Shown: in pieces, positions 1-12,912 of the stretch
Numbering within the stretch: position 1 is the first letter of the stretch
Layout: each line of letters opens with the position of its first letter
Assembly: GCF_006345805.1 (NCBI RefSeq)
Contig: NC_042999.1
Location: 21,080,001-21,144,000 of the forward strand
From: Octopus sinensis
Taxonomy: Eukaryota
DNA: 64,000 nt
Direction: 5' to 3'
Position numbers and translations under genes: made by a program
Notes under the pieces: model-generated
Database searches by the model: none
Seen by the model: only the letters and a program-made list of their open reading frames with translations
Told to the model about the DNA's origin: nothing

Positions 1-1252
1 TAAATACATAAGCTGATGTATACTCACACAAATACACGCATTAGTGTCATTTCACATTTGTCGGGATCGAATTAAATTCAATTAATTGATAAGCTACTTA
101 CCTCTCACTATGTCAAATCAGAATATAACGTTAATCAGTTTACAACTAAACTCTTTCTTTCCTCTTTTTTCTTAGAGGCCAATCATCAAAATTTATAATT
201 CTTATATCAGTAATAAAATTAATTAAACATTATGTATATTTTATGTTTATTAGAAAATGCAGTAATCTAATTATTTCAAACGTGACAACATAAATTAGAA
301 TTGATATGATTGGAGGAGTGAGAACATATAACATTCAATTAAATTTAGCAGCAAAATCAATTTTCGTTCAACTGGTGTACATAAACATACATTATATGCA
401 GATTACGAGCATGAAAGGGGAACAGGTTGTAAGTTTAATGAGAAAAATGGAAAACAAAATGAGCTTAATTGGAACACAATAAAAAGACTATATGTAGTAA
501 GATCCCCATCCCTTTAAGGCTAGCATTATAGATCATATCCCTAAATTAATGAACAGTTAGTTAGTGTGAAATTCCGTAACCAAAGACAGCAAGATATAAG
601 GAGAAAAGGAAACACCTGTTAAGGAAGAGATATTATCAGAACACAAGCTAGTGATACACTGGAACAATTAGTGTGCAGTTAGCGTGCAAAATGATACTGA
701 AAAAGAAAGGCAATATAGAGCAGAAGAAATCAAGTAATGAATGGCATACAGCGTTGCTAATTAGAGGCAAAGACAAAGACATTTTTGAAGACTGAGGATT
801 TAACACTAAGTGATTCCACATTTGTAGAAAATGAAGAAAAATAATGAGAAATAAAAAAAATTACAATAGAATTGAAACAGCAAGTTTATAAGATGAAATG
901 CATGGAAAAAGGGGGTTGCACAGTAAATCGGAGAATAAATCGCAGAGACAATGCAAAATAAAATAGAACGTTATGGATATATTGAAATATTGTGTGATCT
1001 TGCTATGAGGAAAATATAAGGCAAATGTGGCGTAGAATAATGAAGTATTTAACTATTTAAATTTTTTCTGAAATATATTCAACATACTGCTTGCAAATTG
1101 TAACTTAATATGTCAGAATCTGTGAGCAGGTTTTTTCTGACCACCGACGGATCATTTAATAATTAATAAATTAAAGGTAAATTTCACCTCATTCATTATA
1201 TGTGGATCCAACTGAGCCATCTGCCTTACTGACTTAAACAGTTATGTATACT

Positions 1253-1254
1253 AC

Positions 1255-1313
<59 letters not shown>
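1253..1313. repeat. (CA)n(TA)n compound microsatellite
   Basis: Directly visible dinucleotide runs. Confidence 0.95.
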
Positions 1314-1314
<1 letters not shown>

Positions 1315-1428
1315 TGACCTGCTCGCTTAGCCAGCGGGGTGGCGTCATTTGAAAGCTAAAACAAAGCGAAGCGCATTGTGACCAGCGATGTGTACCAGCA
1401 TCTGATAGCCTGGTCGGTCACGGTGATA
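1314..1428 (+). mobile_element. Interspersed repeat fragment, probably a 5'-truncated SINE 3' tail
   Basis: GC-richer island between TA microsatellites; resembles an octopus SINE tail from memory; single copy in the window. Confidence 0.3.
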
Positions 1429-2527
1429 TATATATTTATATATATATACACGCTTAAATATGCATGCATATATAATCATATAAATATACACTTGTCGAGA
1501 TATATATATATATACATACACACATTCTCTCTCTCTCTCTCCCACACTCACACGTATATATATGATATACTCACTTGCAGAAACTAATATAGACATTAAC
1601 GTCTACGATGAATCTTAATTTCAAATGAAAGCTATCTGAATACTAACTTGCATTATATAACTTGGAAAATGTCTTTAGTATTCATACATAAATAACGTTA
1701 TATTTTAAAATTTCCAATAGACAAAATCAAATAGAAGAAAAGAAAATATCTGAAAGGCTACAATGTATTGTAATAACTATAATTATGAATATTTATTTCA
1801 TTCGCGTGATTTGTCTGCTCAGTTCAACAAAAAAATATTATATATGGTGATGGTTCAGAATGTCTAATGATATCAAACGCTTAAATACAAATGTTGATAT
1901 AATAAATTTTTACTTACATAGAAGTAGCACCTGAGAGTTTTCTTATATTTTTTCACGAAAGTTGAAAAAGAATTATTTATTATTTGTTTCGCTTGAGAAG
2001 TATAGTGTTTTGGCTATCACTTTCACTTTATTTTTATATATATATATATTTCTCGGCTTTGTTTTTTTTTGTTGGTTATTTTGTTGCCTTGCTGGAATTT
2101 GTTTCGTTATTTTAAAATGTTGTTACAAATTTGGTTGCAGACACTGTTGTTTTAAACAACAGTTTGTGTGTGTATGTGTGTTTTTGTATGTGTGTGTGTA
2201 GACGATTGTGTGTATGTATGTGTATGCATACATATATGTCTACAACAAAATGTTTTTTTCTATATCTATGTATATTTACATACGCATATATATGCCTAAT
2301 TATAACGTATATATATATAGATAGATTAATGGATAGATAGACATAGATACATGCATACATGCCTGTATACACATACATACATACACACAGGTACACATCC
2401 ATATTACATATTGCACCCTGTCGGTGATAACTACAAGCGTCTCAGGTGACCGGATTAGCGATCATGAGCTTAATAGCCAAAACACCAATCCTCGTGTCCT
2501 CACTTCTCCATAGCCTCATTCACACAG

Positions 2528-2687
2528 CTGTAGGCTGGATGTAACAAAACTTCAAATCAGGAAACATATTTGGAAAGACATGAAAAATTCTGAGCAAAGG
2601 TAATTTTTTAAACTGTCAGAGTAAAGGAAAACTTATCTCATATCTTCTCAGTCTTAAGTACAGCATTAAACTCGCGCATTTCAAGGC
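2528..2687 (+). pseudogene. MTHFSD-like N-terminal exon relics (2528-2599 and 2652-2687, separated by a 52-nt GT-AG segment)
   Basis: cacacag|...caaag|gtaatt and cttctcag|...caaggc|gtaagt; spliced frame reads CRLDVTKLQIRKHIWKDMKNSEQSLKYSIKLAHFK. Confidence 0.5.
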
Positions 2688-3590
2688 GTAAGTAAAACCT
2701 TGTTCTCTTCTTTATCAACCACAATTTGAACCCTTTCACATGTTGAAAATAATTACAAGAGAAAATATCAGAGTCGACCATAAGAATCTTAATTTCCTGC
2801 AGCGTTCCAGCATTACCTCAGTTATAAGAGACTAGTAAGAGAAATAATAGTTTATTAGTGTGAATATTGAATAAGAAAAGACATGGTAAAGTGTTTATAT
2901 CAGATTTCAAGTTCTAATTGACAACAGTGTGTTTCGCTTCTAATGATTGTTATCTTATTTAAAAATATGGCGATAAATCCGAGTGAGATGTTATGGCGCT
3001 AGACTAACTGCATTACAACTTTCACTATCAGCCGTCCAAACTCTGAGATTCAGAACAAATCTTGTTAGTTGAGTGACGATAAAAATATCTAGAAGAAATA
3101 AACTAGATCAGTTCAACTGACCATAACCACTTCCACACGATCACTGTTGCAACGTGATAAATCAATATATTCCTTAAAATAGTCTGGAGAATACAGACGA
3201 GACGACGAAGCGACAGATAAATACGTAATAGTATTTAATTTCATTGTCCTTAGTTCTAATTTAGATTTTATTGCTCTGAGATGTATAAAAATACCAGGAA
3301 TACTCCCGAGTGATTTTCAGTAACAATTTGTTGCCTGTAATAATTGTCTTTGGGCTTTGCAAAACACTGATCAATATTATTTTGACTATGTTTTCACTGC
3401 TATATCGGCAATAGATTAAATCATGAACATATATCTATTATTGTTATTATTATTATTAGCATTTGATGCAAAAAACGTCCAAAATCAAGTTACACACCAT
3501 CTGACATTCTTCGTATGTTCGTGTGCGTAGTCGTGCATATATTTGTACATGTGAGGGAGTTGTGTGTACATGCACCTCTCTCTCTCATAA

Positions 3591-3631
<41 letters not shown>

Positions 3632-3635
3632 AATG

Positions 3636-3795
3636 ATTGATAGCTACCCGCTAAACCTTTTTATTTTCCCTCTCAATTTCTGTGTTCCTTTGTGTTGAAG
3701 AGCGTAGGCACGGAACGTAAAAGACTTTCTCAATTCTCGCGCGTTAAACTAATACATCTGTTTGATGTTTACACACCCGTCTTCGTCTTTTGTCA
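3636..3795 (+). mobile_element. Short Penelope-tail-like repeat with degenerate hammerhead architecture (family H2, copy A)
   Basis: Homologous to 23304-23497, 30720-30855 and 35742-35939(-); core cttt-GTGTTGA-a-GAGC-gtag-GCAC-GGAA-cgt-a-aaag at 3688-3724. Confidence 0.7.
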
Positions 3796-4140
3796 AAAGG
3801 TCCCTGAATAAGGATTGCTTAAGGATGTTGAACGAGCCACCCATGTTTCCAAAGGTGAATTATCCAAACCTCCAAGAATTCCTTTCAACACACGGCTACG
3901 ATGCTACCCACTACTTCTGCTCGTGATCAGAGATGCGCATATCATCAGCCACTAAGGAACATGCTCAACTGGTTAGGGTCAAACCACTGACAAGCAAATC
4001 TGTGGTATTGAGCAGAATATTTGCTGTAGCCCATCTTTTATACCAAGACAAAACAATGTACATGATAACACTTCCATTCAGTTAAGATCAGGAGCCACGA
4101 GAGCCACTGTCTGGTACTGTATCAAGGCATTATTATTATT
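3795..4140. mobile_element. Partial copy of a ~520-bp non-coding element associated with (TAA)n
   Basis: Clearly aligns with 26030-26350; ends in (ATT)n. Confidence 0.8.
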
Positions 4141-4299
4141 TTCATCATGATCTTTCATTTATGCCTCCATTTCTTGCCGAGTGTCTTCCTGACACCTATG
4201 GCAGAGAACCATTAAAATAAATACACCAGATTATTCTTTTACAAAGTCATGTGATATAGAAAACTGGGAAGAAAGACAGAGAAAAAGGAAAAAATAAAA

Positions 4300-4621
4300 A
4301 ATAGTGCTCTTACATGTACAGGTATTGTAGCCGTTTTGAAATGTCGCATCTGTTCGATTTCGATTAGCAAAGCTTATATTTTCTGAGCTTATCAAATTCT
4401 TTTGCCGAGATATTATGGTCACAGGGTATGCTCATGTCAATCAATAAACAGACTTGCTTGTTTTGGTCTTTCACAACAATATCTGGTTTATTTGCTTTGA
4501 TGGTCCGAACTGTACATACTGGGAAGTCCCAAAGAATACTTACATTTTCTCCCTCAGTTACAGCCTCGGGGTGGTACCTGTACCATTTGTCAGCAAATTT
4601 GATTTTATAATGGCGATACAT
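4300..4621 (-). mobile_element. R4/Dong-type non-LTR retrotransposon, restriction-like endonuclease relic
   Basis: KWYRYHPEAVTEGENVSILWDF...KANKPDIVVKD...LIDMSIPCDHNISAKEFDKLRKYK; continues after a frameshift as LIEIEQM..FKTATIPV. Confidence 0.85.
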
Positions 4622-4997
4622 TGTCCAATGTAGCTATTCGTGTAAGCGCGCATGTTCATACTTACACATGTGCACCCGCGCACCCACTTGCATGTGCCTA
4701 AAAGCGTCCCATCCAGGTGGGGAACCTATACACCTCGACATCCGAAACTCGGAGTTTTATCTTGGCTACCGAATAATTGTCACATATTACACGTACAGAT
4801 GAATTCCTCTATTTACATAATACCGAGGTTTCTTTCGAGGTTTTGTTGTCTTACTAATTTTTATCAAAAGATAGATAGATAGATAGATACCGTGTGTCTG
4901 TCTATATTTACTTCAAGGGAAGTACAAACATTGCGAAAGAAATCCACATAGATGTGGACATTTTTGATATTTTTAACTGTAATTTCTATAAATATTA

Positions 4998-7350
4998 TCT
5001 TTATATATATAAAATTGAGAATGTGTGTCTGTCTGTCTATGTGTTTCCCTAAAACTTGAGAACTGCACAACCAATTTCATTCAAATTTTACACATGCCTT
5101 ATTAGGGTCCATGTAGTTTCATGGGCAAAAAAATGTTCAGCTTCATGCCTCGAGCGAGCCCACAGCAATATCATACCTTCTCCACTACGATTCCCTAAAA
5201 CTTGAGAACTACACAACCAATTTCATTCAAATTTTACACATGCCTTATTAGGGTCCATGTAGTTTCATGGGCAAAAAAATGTTCAACTTCATGCCTCCAG
5301 CGAGCCCACAGCAATATCATACCTTCTCCACTACAATTCCCTAAAACTTGAGAACTACACAACCAATTTCATTCAAATTTTACACATGCCTTATTAGGGT
5401 CCATGTAGTTTCATGGGCAAAACAATGTTCAGCTTCATGCCTCGAGCGAGCCCGCAGCAATATCATACCTTCTCCACTACGATTCCCTAAAACTTGAGAA
5501 CTACACAACCAATTTCATTCAAATTTTACACATGCCTATTAGGGTCCATGTAGTTTCATGGGCAAAAAAATGTTCAGCTTCATGCCTCGAGCGAGCCCAC
5601 AGCAATATCATACCTTCTCCACTACGATTCCCTAAAACTTGAGAACTACACACCAATTTCATTCAAATTTTACACATGCCTTATTAGGGTCCATGTAGTT
5701 CATGGGCAAAAAAATGTTCAACTTCATGCCTCCAGCGAGCCACAGCAATATCATACCTTCTCCACTACAATTCCCTAAAACTTGAGAACTACACAACCAA
5801 TTTCATTCAAATTTTACACATGCCTTATTAGGGTCCATGTAGTTTCATGGGCAAAACAATGTTCAGCTTCATGCCTCGAGCGAGCCCGCAGCAATATCAT
5901 ACCTTCTCCACTACGATTCCCTAAAACTTGAGAACTACACAACCAATTTCATTCAAATTTTACACATGCCTTATTAGGGTCCATGTAGTTTCATAGGCAA
6001 AAAAATGTTCAACTTCATGCCTCGAGCGAGCCCACAGCAGCACTATCATACCTTCTCCACTACGATTCCCTAAAACTTGAGGACTACACAACCAATTTCA
6101 TTCAAATTTTACACATGCCTTATTAGGGTCCATGTAGTTTCATGGGCAAAAAAATGTTCAACTTCATGCCTCGAGCGAGCCCACAGCAATATCATATCTT
6201 CTCCACTACGATTCCCTAAAACTTGAGAACTACACAACCAATTTCATTCAAATTTTACACATGCCTTATTAGGGTCCATGTAGTTTCATGGGCAAAAAAA
6301 TGTTCAACTTCATGCCTCTAGCGAGCCCACAGCAATATCATACCTTCTCCACTACGATTCCCTAAAACTTGAGAACTACACAACCAATTTCATTCAAATT
6401 TTACACATGCCTTATTAGGGTCCATGTAGTTTCATGGGCAAAAAAATGTTCAACTTCATGCCTCGAGCGAGCGCATAGCAATATCATATCTTCTCCACTA
6501 TTTCAGTATTACGTGTTAAAAGTGAAACAAAAATATTTCTCTATTTTATGTGAGATGCTTTCACTTTAACAATAAAAATAATAATAACAATTGAATTATA
6601 TAAGTAATAATTAAAATCAAACTAAAGTATAATATAATCGTAACATAACAAGTAAAAATAGCAATTGGTATAAAATTGCATCAATGATTTGAACTTGAAT
6701 AAGTGGTTTCACATGAATGGGAATAAATTAAAAATAAAATTAGCGTGTAGAAATGGAATAGCCCAGATGGATAATAAAAAATTAAATTAAAGAAAAGACT
6801 ATTGTCTATAAAGTATACAATGTAGAGAAAAAATAGTGAATATACCAGTATTGTTTTATATAAGCTAAGTATATGGAGGAAAGCACCTTCGAAAAGTGTC
6901 TTGTGCGACTATGAAAGATATCTAACCAGAGGCGGTAAATTCGCCACAATAGAAGGAAGGTTCGAGTCAACGGAGCGTGCAAGGGAGTACTCGACTCGAA
7001 CTTGCAAAGTGGAAATATTTTATTTTTACCTTTGTATCTGGGACGTAGGACGTCCTGGATAAAAATTTAAAATGTCCCCCCACCAGAAGTTGAGGTAGGC
7101 TGGGTTGTAGCCACACTTCTATACAAGATGGAGGACAAGATACATTTGATGGAAATTGTAAGAGACGGGCTTACAATGCCAGTCTGTTATATATTTTGAG
7201 TATTGTTATCACTAGCGATATCAAGATATAACTTTGTATTTTATGTGTAGATGTATATATATAGATGTACATGTAATATGTAGACATAAATATACACATA
7301 TATACATGCACTAGCACTATGACCCGGCAACGACGGATCCTTAATGCTAG
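4998..7350 (+). mobile_element. Putative non-autonomous Helitron with internal tandem array
   Basis: 5' A|TCTTTATATATATAAAATT..GTGTGTCTGTC (same motif as the 7846-8236 element); 3' hairpin CTAGCACTATGACCCGGCAACG... ending CTAG|T at 7350. That the two ends belong to one element is inferred. Confidence 0.55.
5045..6500. repeat. Tandem array, 10 units of ~146 bp
   Basis: Unit starts (TTCCCTAAAACTTGAG) at 5045, 5191, 5337, 5483, 5628, 5771, 5917, 6066, 6212 and 6358; near-identical units. Confidence 0.97.
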
Positions 7351-7845
7351 TATTATATAAAGCTTGCTATTTTCAGCGGATGAGACATATGAAATGCCGT
7401 TGGCGTCACTTTATGCAATTAAACAAACGGTGTATCGAGTGAGCAATAAAAGTACGAAGAATGCTTGGAAAAGATCATGCGAAAAAATAAAGGAGGAACA
7501 AAAATTCTTCAGAAAATTGACGGGTTTCCACAATAGACAGGGACGGACAAAATACTAACAGATGGCGATGATATTAAAGAAAAAATAGTTACCAAGAACT
7601 CTTAATAGTATATATATATATACACACACACGTATATCCTGAAAACTCACAAAGGATTTCAATAAATGCATTTGAATGCCTCAGATTATAGAAAGATTAT
7701 ATCTGAAACCAAATGAATAATATAGACAAACAAATGCTAATTTCAGATTCGTGCTGAGAAAAACTGGATAAGCCTTCAATTTTTGCAATATAATATATAT
7801 ATAAGATTATTGGAAAAAGATTATTTCTAAAGATATATATATATA

Positions 7846-8236
7846 CTAGCAGTATCGCCCGGCGTTGCTCGGGTTTGTAACGGAAATAACTATAAAGCAT
7901 TTTTACAGAGTTATAGCCAAAAAATAGCAAAAAATGCATTAAAAATGGAAAAAAAATAAAGGTAAATTTTTTTTTAAATCGTTGACTCATCGTAGATATT
8001 TTTACAGAGTTACTTCCCTTTATTTAAAAAATATGCGTTAAAATGGAAAAAATTATGGTAAATTATATTTAAAATCGTAGACTCATCGTAGACGCGCGCA
8101 AATAACCAGAAGGGCTTGATATGAATCACGACTATAAGATACCCGGTTTTGCTTAAACTGCATCGCAAAATGTGGTAGTAGTTAGGAATCTAAATCGGAG
8201 TAGACAGACACACAACCTTTCTTTTATATATAAAGA
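7846..8236 (-). mobile_element. Full-length short non-autonomous Helitron (~390 bp)
   Basis: On the minus strand: A|TC start, subterminal hairpin CCCGAGCAACGCCGGG, CTAG|T end; internal ~100-bp imperfect duplication. Confidence 0.8.
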
Positions 8237-8767
8237 TATATATAGATAAAAACAAATCAGTTCAGTGATAAGGAGTAAAAGCAATATTTCAAAATTCCCC
8301 ATATATAATACATCTCATTTCATATATACTGTATTTGATATATGTTGTTTTCCTACCAAAGTTAGAACATGATATGTCTAATATACATAAATAAATTATG
8401 ACGTATCACACAGTCACCTTCGGTACGTTATTCTATCATTTTGATGTCTAATTTTGTAAAGTTTGCCGCCCAAAATAATAAAACCAAATGATTTCTGATT
8501 CTTTGGTATCACTTAAAAATGTTTTATTATTATGGTATTTTCAAGTCTCCTCACGCACATACTAGAATTGTGTAGGCATTAGAATTGCAAAGTCGATTTG
8601 TTCTGTAAAAGACAAAACCCAAAAAAGAATTGTGATAAAATAAATATGAATCAGTAAAATTATACAATGACCTCTTCAGATATTACATTTATACTTACTA
8701 CTTGCAGGTTTCGGAACTCCTATAAAACTTTAGCTACACATACACACACGCATACGCATGTCTGTGA

Positions 8768-8803
<36 letters not shown>

Positions 8804-8808
<5 letters not shown>

Positions 8809-9172
8809 GGCTGTGTGGTAAGTAGCTTGCTAACCAACCACACGGTTGCGGGTTCAGTCCCACTGCGTGGCATCTTGGGCAAGTGTCTTCTGCTATAGCC
8901 CCGGGCCGATCAATGCCTTGTGAGTGGATTTGGTAGACGGAAACTGAAAGAAGCCTGTCGTATATATGTATATATATATGTGTGTGTGTGTGTGTGTCTG
9001 TGTCTGTGTTTGTCCCCCTAGCATTGTTTGACCACCGATGCTGGTGTGTTTAGGTCCCCGTCACTTAGCGGTTCGGCAAAAAGAGACCGATAGAATAAGT
9101 ACTAAAGGTGGTGCTCCAGCATGGCCGCAGTCAAATGACTGAAACAAGTAAAAGAGTAAAAGAGTAAAAGAG
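8804..9172 (+). mobile_element. tRNA-derived SINE family S1
   Basis: Head GGCTGTGTGGTAAG..GGTTCAGTCCC, internal TA/TG tract, tail GAAACAAGTAAAAGAG; many homologues in the window. Confidence 0.9.
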
Positions 9173-9315
9173 TATATATATATATATATATTACAAGCAT
9201 GTAAGCCTACATGTATATATATCAGTGTTTATATATGCAAACGCGTATGAGCACGTATATATATGCATGTATGTATATATAATATATATATATATATATA
9301 TTTCATATACATGTA

Positions 9316-9553
9316 TAGGGGCAGGAGTGGCTGTGTGGTAAGTACCTTGCTTAGCAACCACATGGTTCCGGGTTCAGTCCCACTGCATAGCGCCTTGGGC
9401 AAGTGACTTCTACTATAGCTTCGCGCCCACCAAAACCCGATTAAATAAGTACTAGGCTTACAAAGAATAAGTCCTGGGGTCGATTTGCTCGACTAAAAGA
9501 CAGTGCTCGAGCATGGCCGTGCTCAAATGACTGAAGCAAGTAAAAGAATAAAA
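9316..9553 (+). mobile_element. SINE S1, internally deleted
   Basis: S1 head joined directly to S1 tail. Confidence 0.85.
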
Positions 9554-10269
9554 TAGTGTATGTATGCAGAGATAGATAGATAGATAGATAAATAAATAGA
9601 AAGATAGATAATGTCGTTTATAAGAAAAACCAACTATATGTATGTTTCTGTATATGTGTGTGTACGTGAGTGGATGCATGTATACACAGATTTGTACATT
9701 CATATATATATATATATCCGTTTGCGTGAAGGTGCATATATGACATTAAACATATTCTTGCATACACCTATATATGTTTTTATACAAACAGGTAAGCAAA
9801 TAAGTAAAGCATTTCTCTTTTACCTGACTGTTTTAATATATATGTACAGGGGAAATATTTTGTACAATTACCAATACTTCAAGTTTAAGAAATTCATAAA
9901 TATTTAGCAATAACATATATTTTCCTTGTTTATTTCGCATGGACATACATTATGTCAATCTGTAATGGCTGGCAAACGTTTTCCTATACTGAAATATTTT
10001 GTTTGTGAATACTATACAGCAAACAATTCTATCTTTAATTTGACACACATCTCATTGTGAAAATTTATGGAACTGTTGAACTTTCCTACTATGTTTAGTT
10101 TTTAGAATGCTTTTTAAGAATAATACTACGAAATAAATCAAATTTTATGTCTCTATCAAACCTCACATTTTACCATGAATATTTTGATTTATAATTCACA
10201 TTTTTATTTTCTCATTACAGATTTCCTCTTGCAAAATTCTATAAAAGTTCCTCTTCTTCCATTCAATAA

Positions 10270-10366
<97 letters not shown>

Positions 10367-10565
10367 AGGAGTGTCTGTGTGTTTATATATAAATATACAT
10401 ATAGCGAGCGTCAGTGTGTTTGCATATATATATAACACATGTATATATAAATATGTACATATATATATATATATTAAACACACACAAAAGTAAAATTATA
10501 AATATATATCCAAGCATCAAAAGACATATACTCAAACACATATACATACATATATAATATATATA

Positions 10566-10610
<45 letters not shown>

Positions 10611-10743
10611 GTGTGTGTGTGTGTGTGTGTGTTTAAGCTTTAAGCATATATATAAATATATATGTACATATATAGAAAGGAATATACATTTAGCCGAACA
10701 TACAAATACACACATATATGCTAAATGTGTGTGTGTGTTTATA

Positions 10744-10804
<61 letters not shown>

Positions 10805-11123
10805 TAATGGTGAGTTACTTGTAAATTACATAATATTACGACTTACTTCTCGGAGTCATTATTGTAACGTAATTGATGTTTGACTATGAAATACATGATT
10901 TTATGAACAAAGATTGACAGTGCCTCTTATTTTATCATGTACATTTACTAAAGTCATGTCTCACACTTAATCTATTATATCTAATGATCAATGTGTAGTT
11001 GACTTGTGTAAATCGTTCGCGTGATTCAAATTTTGTCATAATAATAACACCAACTTTGAAAAGTATTGGAAATTTTTTTTATGGAATTTCATCTGTGAAT
11101 ATGTTGTTTATATTAAGTTCGGA

Positions 11124-11167
<44 letters not shown>

Positions 11168-11487
11168 AAAAAAGACTAAGAAATGTAGATGGGGAGAGGG
11201 GACAAAGAACACGTAATGCAATCAGTACACAATCGAAGAATATATATCTAAATATATGTCCAAGAAAATTCTTTAATGAGATTACAAATCTTACTTGAAA
11301 AAAGGATCTGCCAAATAATTTAAATATCTATTTAGACGAGATAAATGAAATTTATAGCAGGAAGTTTATATACTTGATGTTTTTCATCTAAGGAGACACA
11401 TATATATATTTATATATATACACATATATAAACACACATGCACACACACATATCTACATATGTGTATATATATATATATATATATAG

Positions 11488-11551
<64 letters not shown>

Positions 11552-11619
11552 AATATATATATAAATATATATATAAATATATATAATATATATATATATA
11601 TATATAAATATATATATAT

Positions 11620-11663
<44 letters not shown>

Positions 11664-11682
11664 ATATATATATTATATATAT

Positions 11683-11719
<37 letters not shown>

Positions 11720-11945
11720 AATATATATATAAATATATATATATTATATATATATATTAAATATATATATAATATTATATATATTATATAAATATATATA
11801 TATATATATAAATATATATAAATATATATATAATAATATATATATAAATATATATAAATATATATATAAATATATTATATATATATATATATAAATATAT
11901 ATATATATAAATATATATAAATATATATATATATAAATTATATAT

Positions 11946-11977
<32 letters not shown>

Positions 11978-12093
11978 AATATATATATAAATATTATATA
12001 TAAATATATATATAAATATTATATATATATATATATAGATATATATATATATAAATATATATAAATATATATATATATTATATATTATATATA

Positions 12094-12147
<54 letters not shown>

Positions 12148-12150
12148 GCA
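10270..12150. repeat. Long (TA)n-dominated low-complexity zone, with (GA)n at about 11127-11160
   Basis: Directly visible; almost pure A/T from 11460 to 12145. Confidence 0.95.
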
Positions 12151-12471
12151 TAAATATATTTGTCTACATAGAGAGAGAGGGAGTGAGACAAAGACAGAGC
12201 AAGATGTATGTTGGGTGAGCAGGTGAGAGGTGCGGTTTTATTTACTTTTTGCATGTGTGTAATATTTCAAAACCTGGCGTTCAAACCTACGATCGGAGTT
12301 GTATATTATATATATATAATCAATGTAAGCAACAAGGATATCCAGAGGTAATGCAGCGCGATCGTTTCATGCAACTCCATTTAATTGAACAATGCAATCA
12401 TTTCATGAATTTAAATGCAGTGCAATCCTCAAAAGACACAGAATTTAATTAAAACAGATGGACACATTATT

Positions 12472-12691
12472 CTTTACTCCCTTTTACTCTGTTACTTGTT
12501 TCAGTCATTTGACTGCGGCCATGCTGCAGCACCGCCTTTAGTCGAGCAAATCGACCCCGGGACTTATTCTTTTTTAAGCCCTGTACTTATTCTATCGGTT
12601 TCTTTTGCCGAATCGCTAAGTGACGGAGACGTAAGCACACCAGCATCGGTTTTCAAGCAATGCTAGGGGGACAAACACAGACACACAAACT

Positions 12692-12745
<54 letters not shown>

Positions 12746-12912
12746 TACGACAGGCTTCTTTCAGTTTCCGTCTACTAAATCCACTCACAAGGCTTTGGTT
12801 GGCCCGAGGCTATAGCAGAAGACACTTGCCCAAGATGCCACGCAGTGGGACTGAACCCGGAACCATGTGGTTGGTTAGCAAGCTACTTACCACACAGCCA
12901 CTCCTGCGCCTA
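12472..12912 (-). mobile_element. SINE S1, full length
   Basis: Reverse complement of the S1 sequence from head to tail. Confidence 0.92.

Noticed and set aside
5045-6500. CRISPR-like array
   Set aside because: Units are contiguous near-identical 146-mers with no unique spacers, and the context is eukaryotic.
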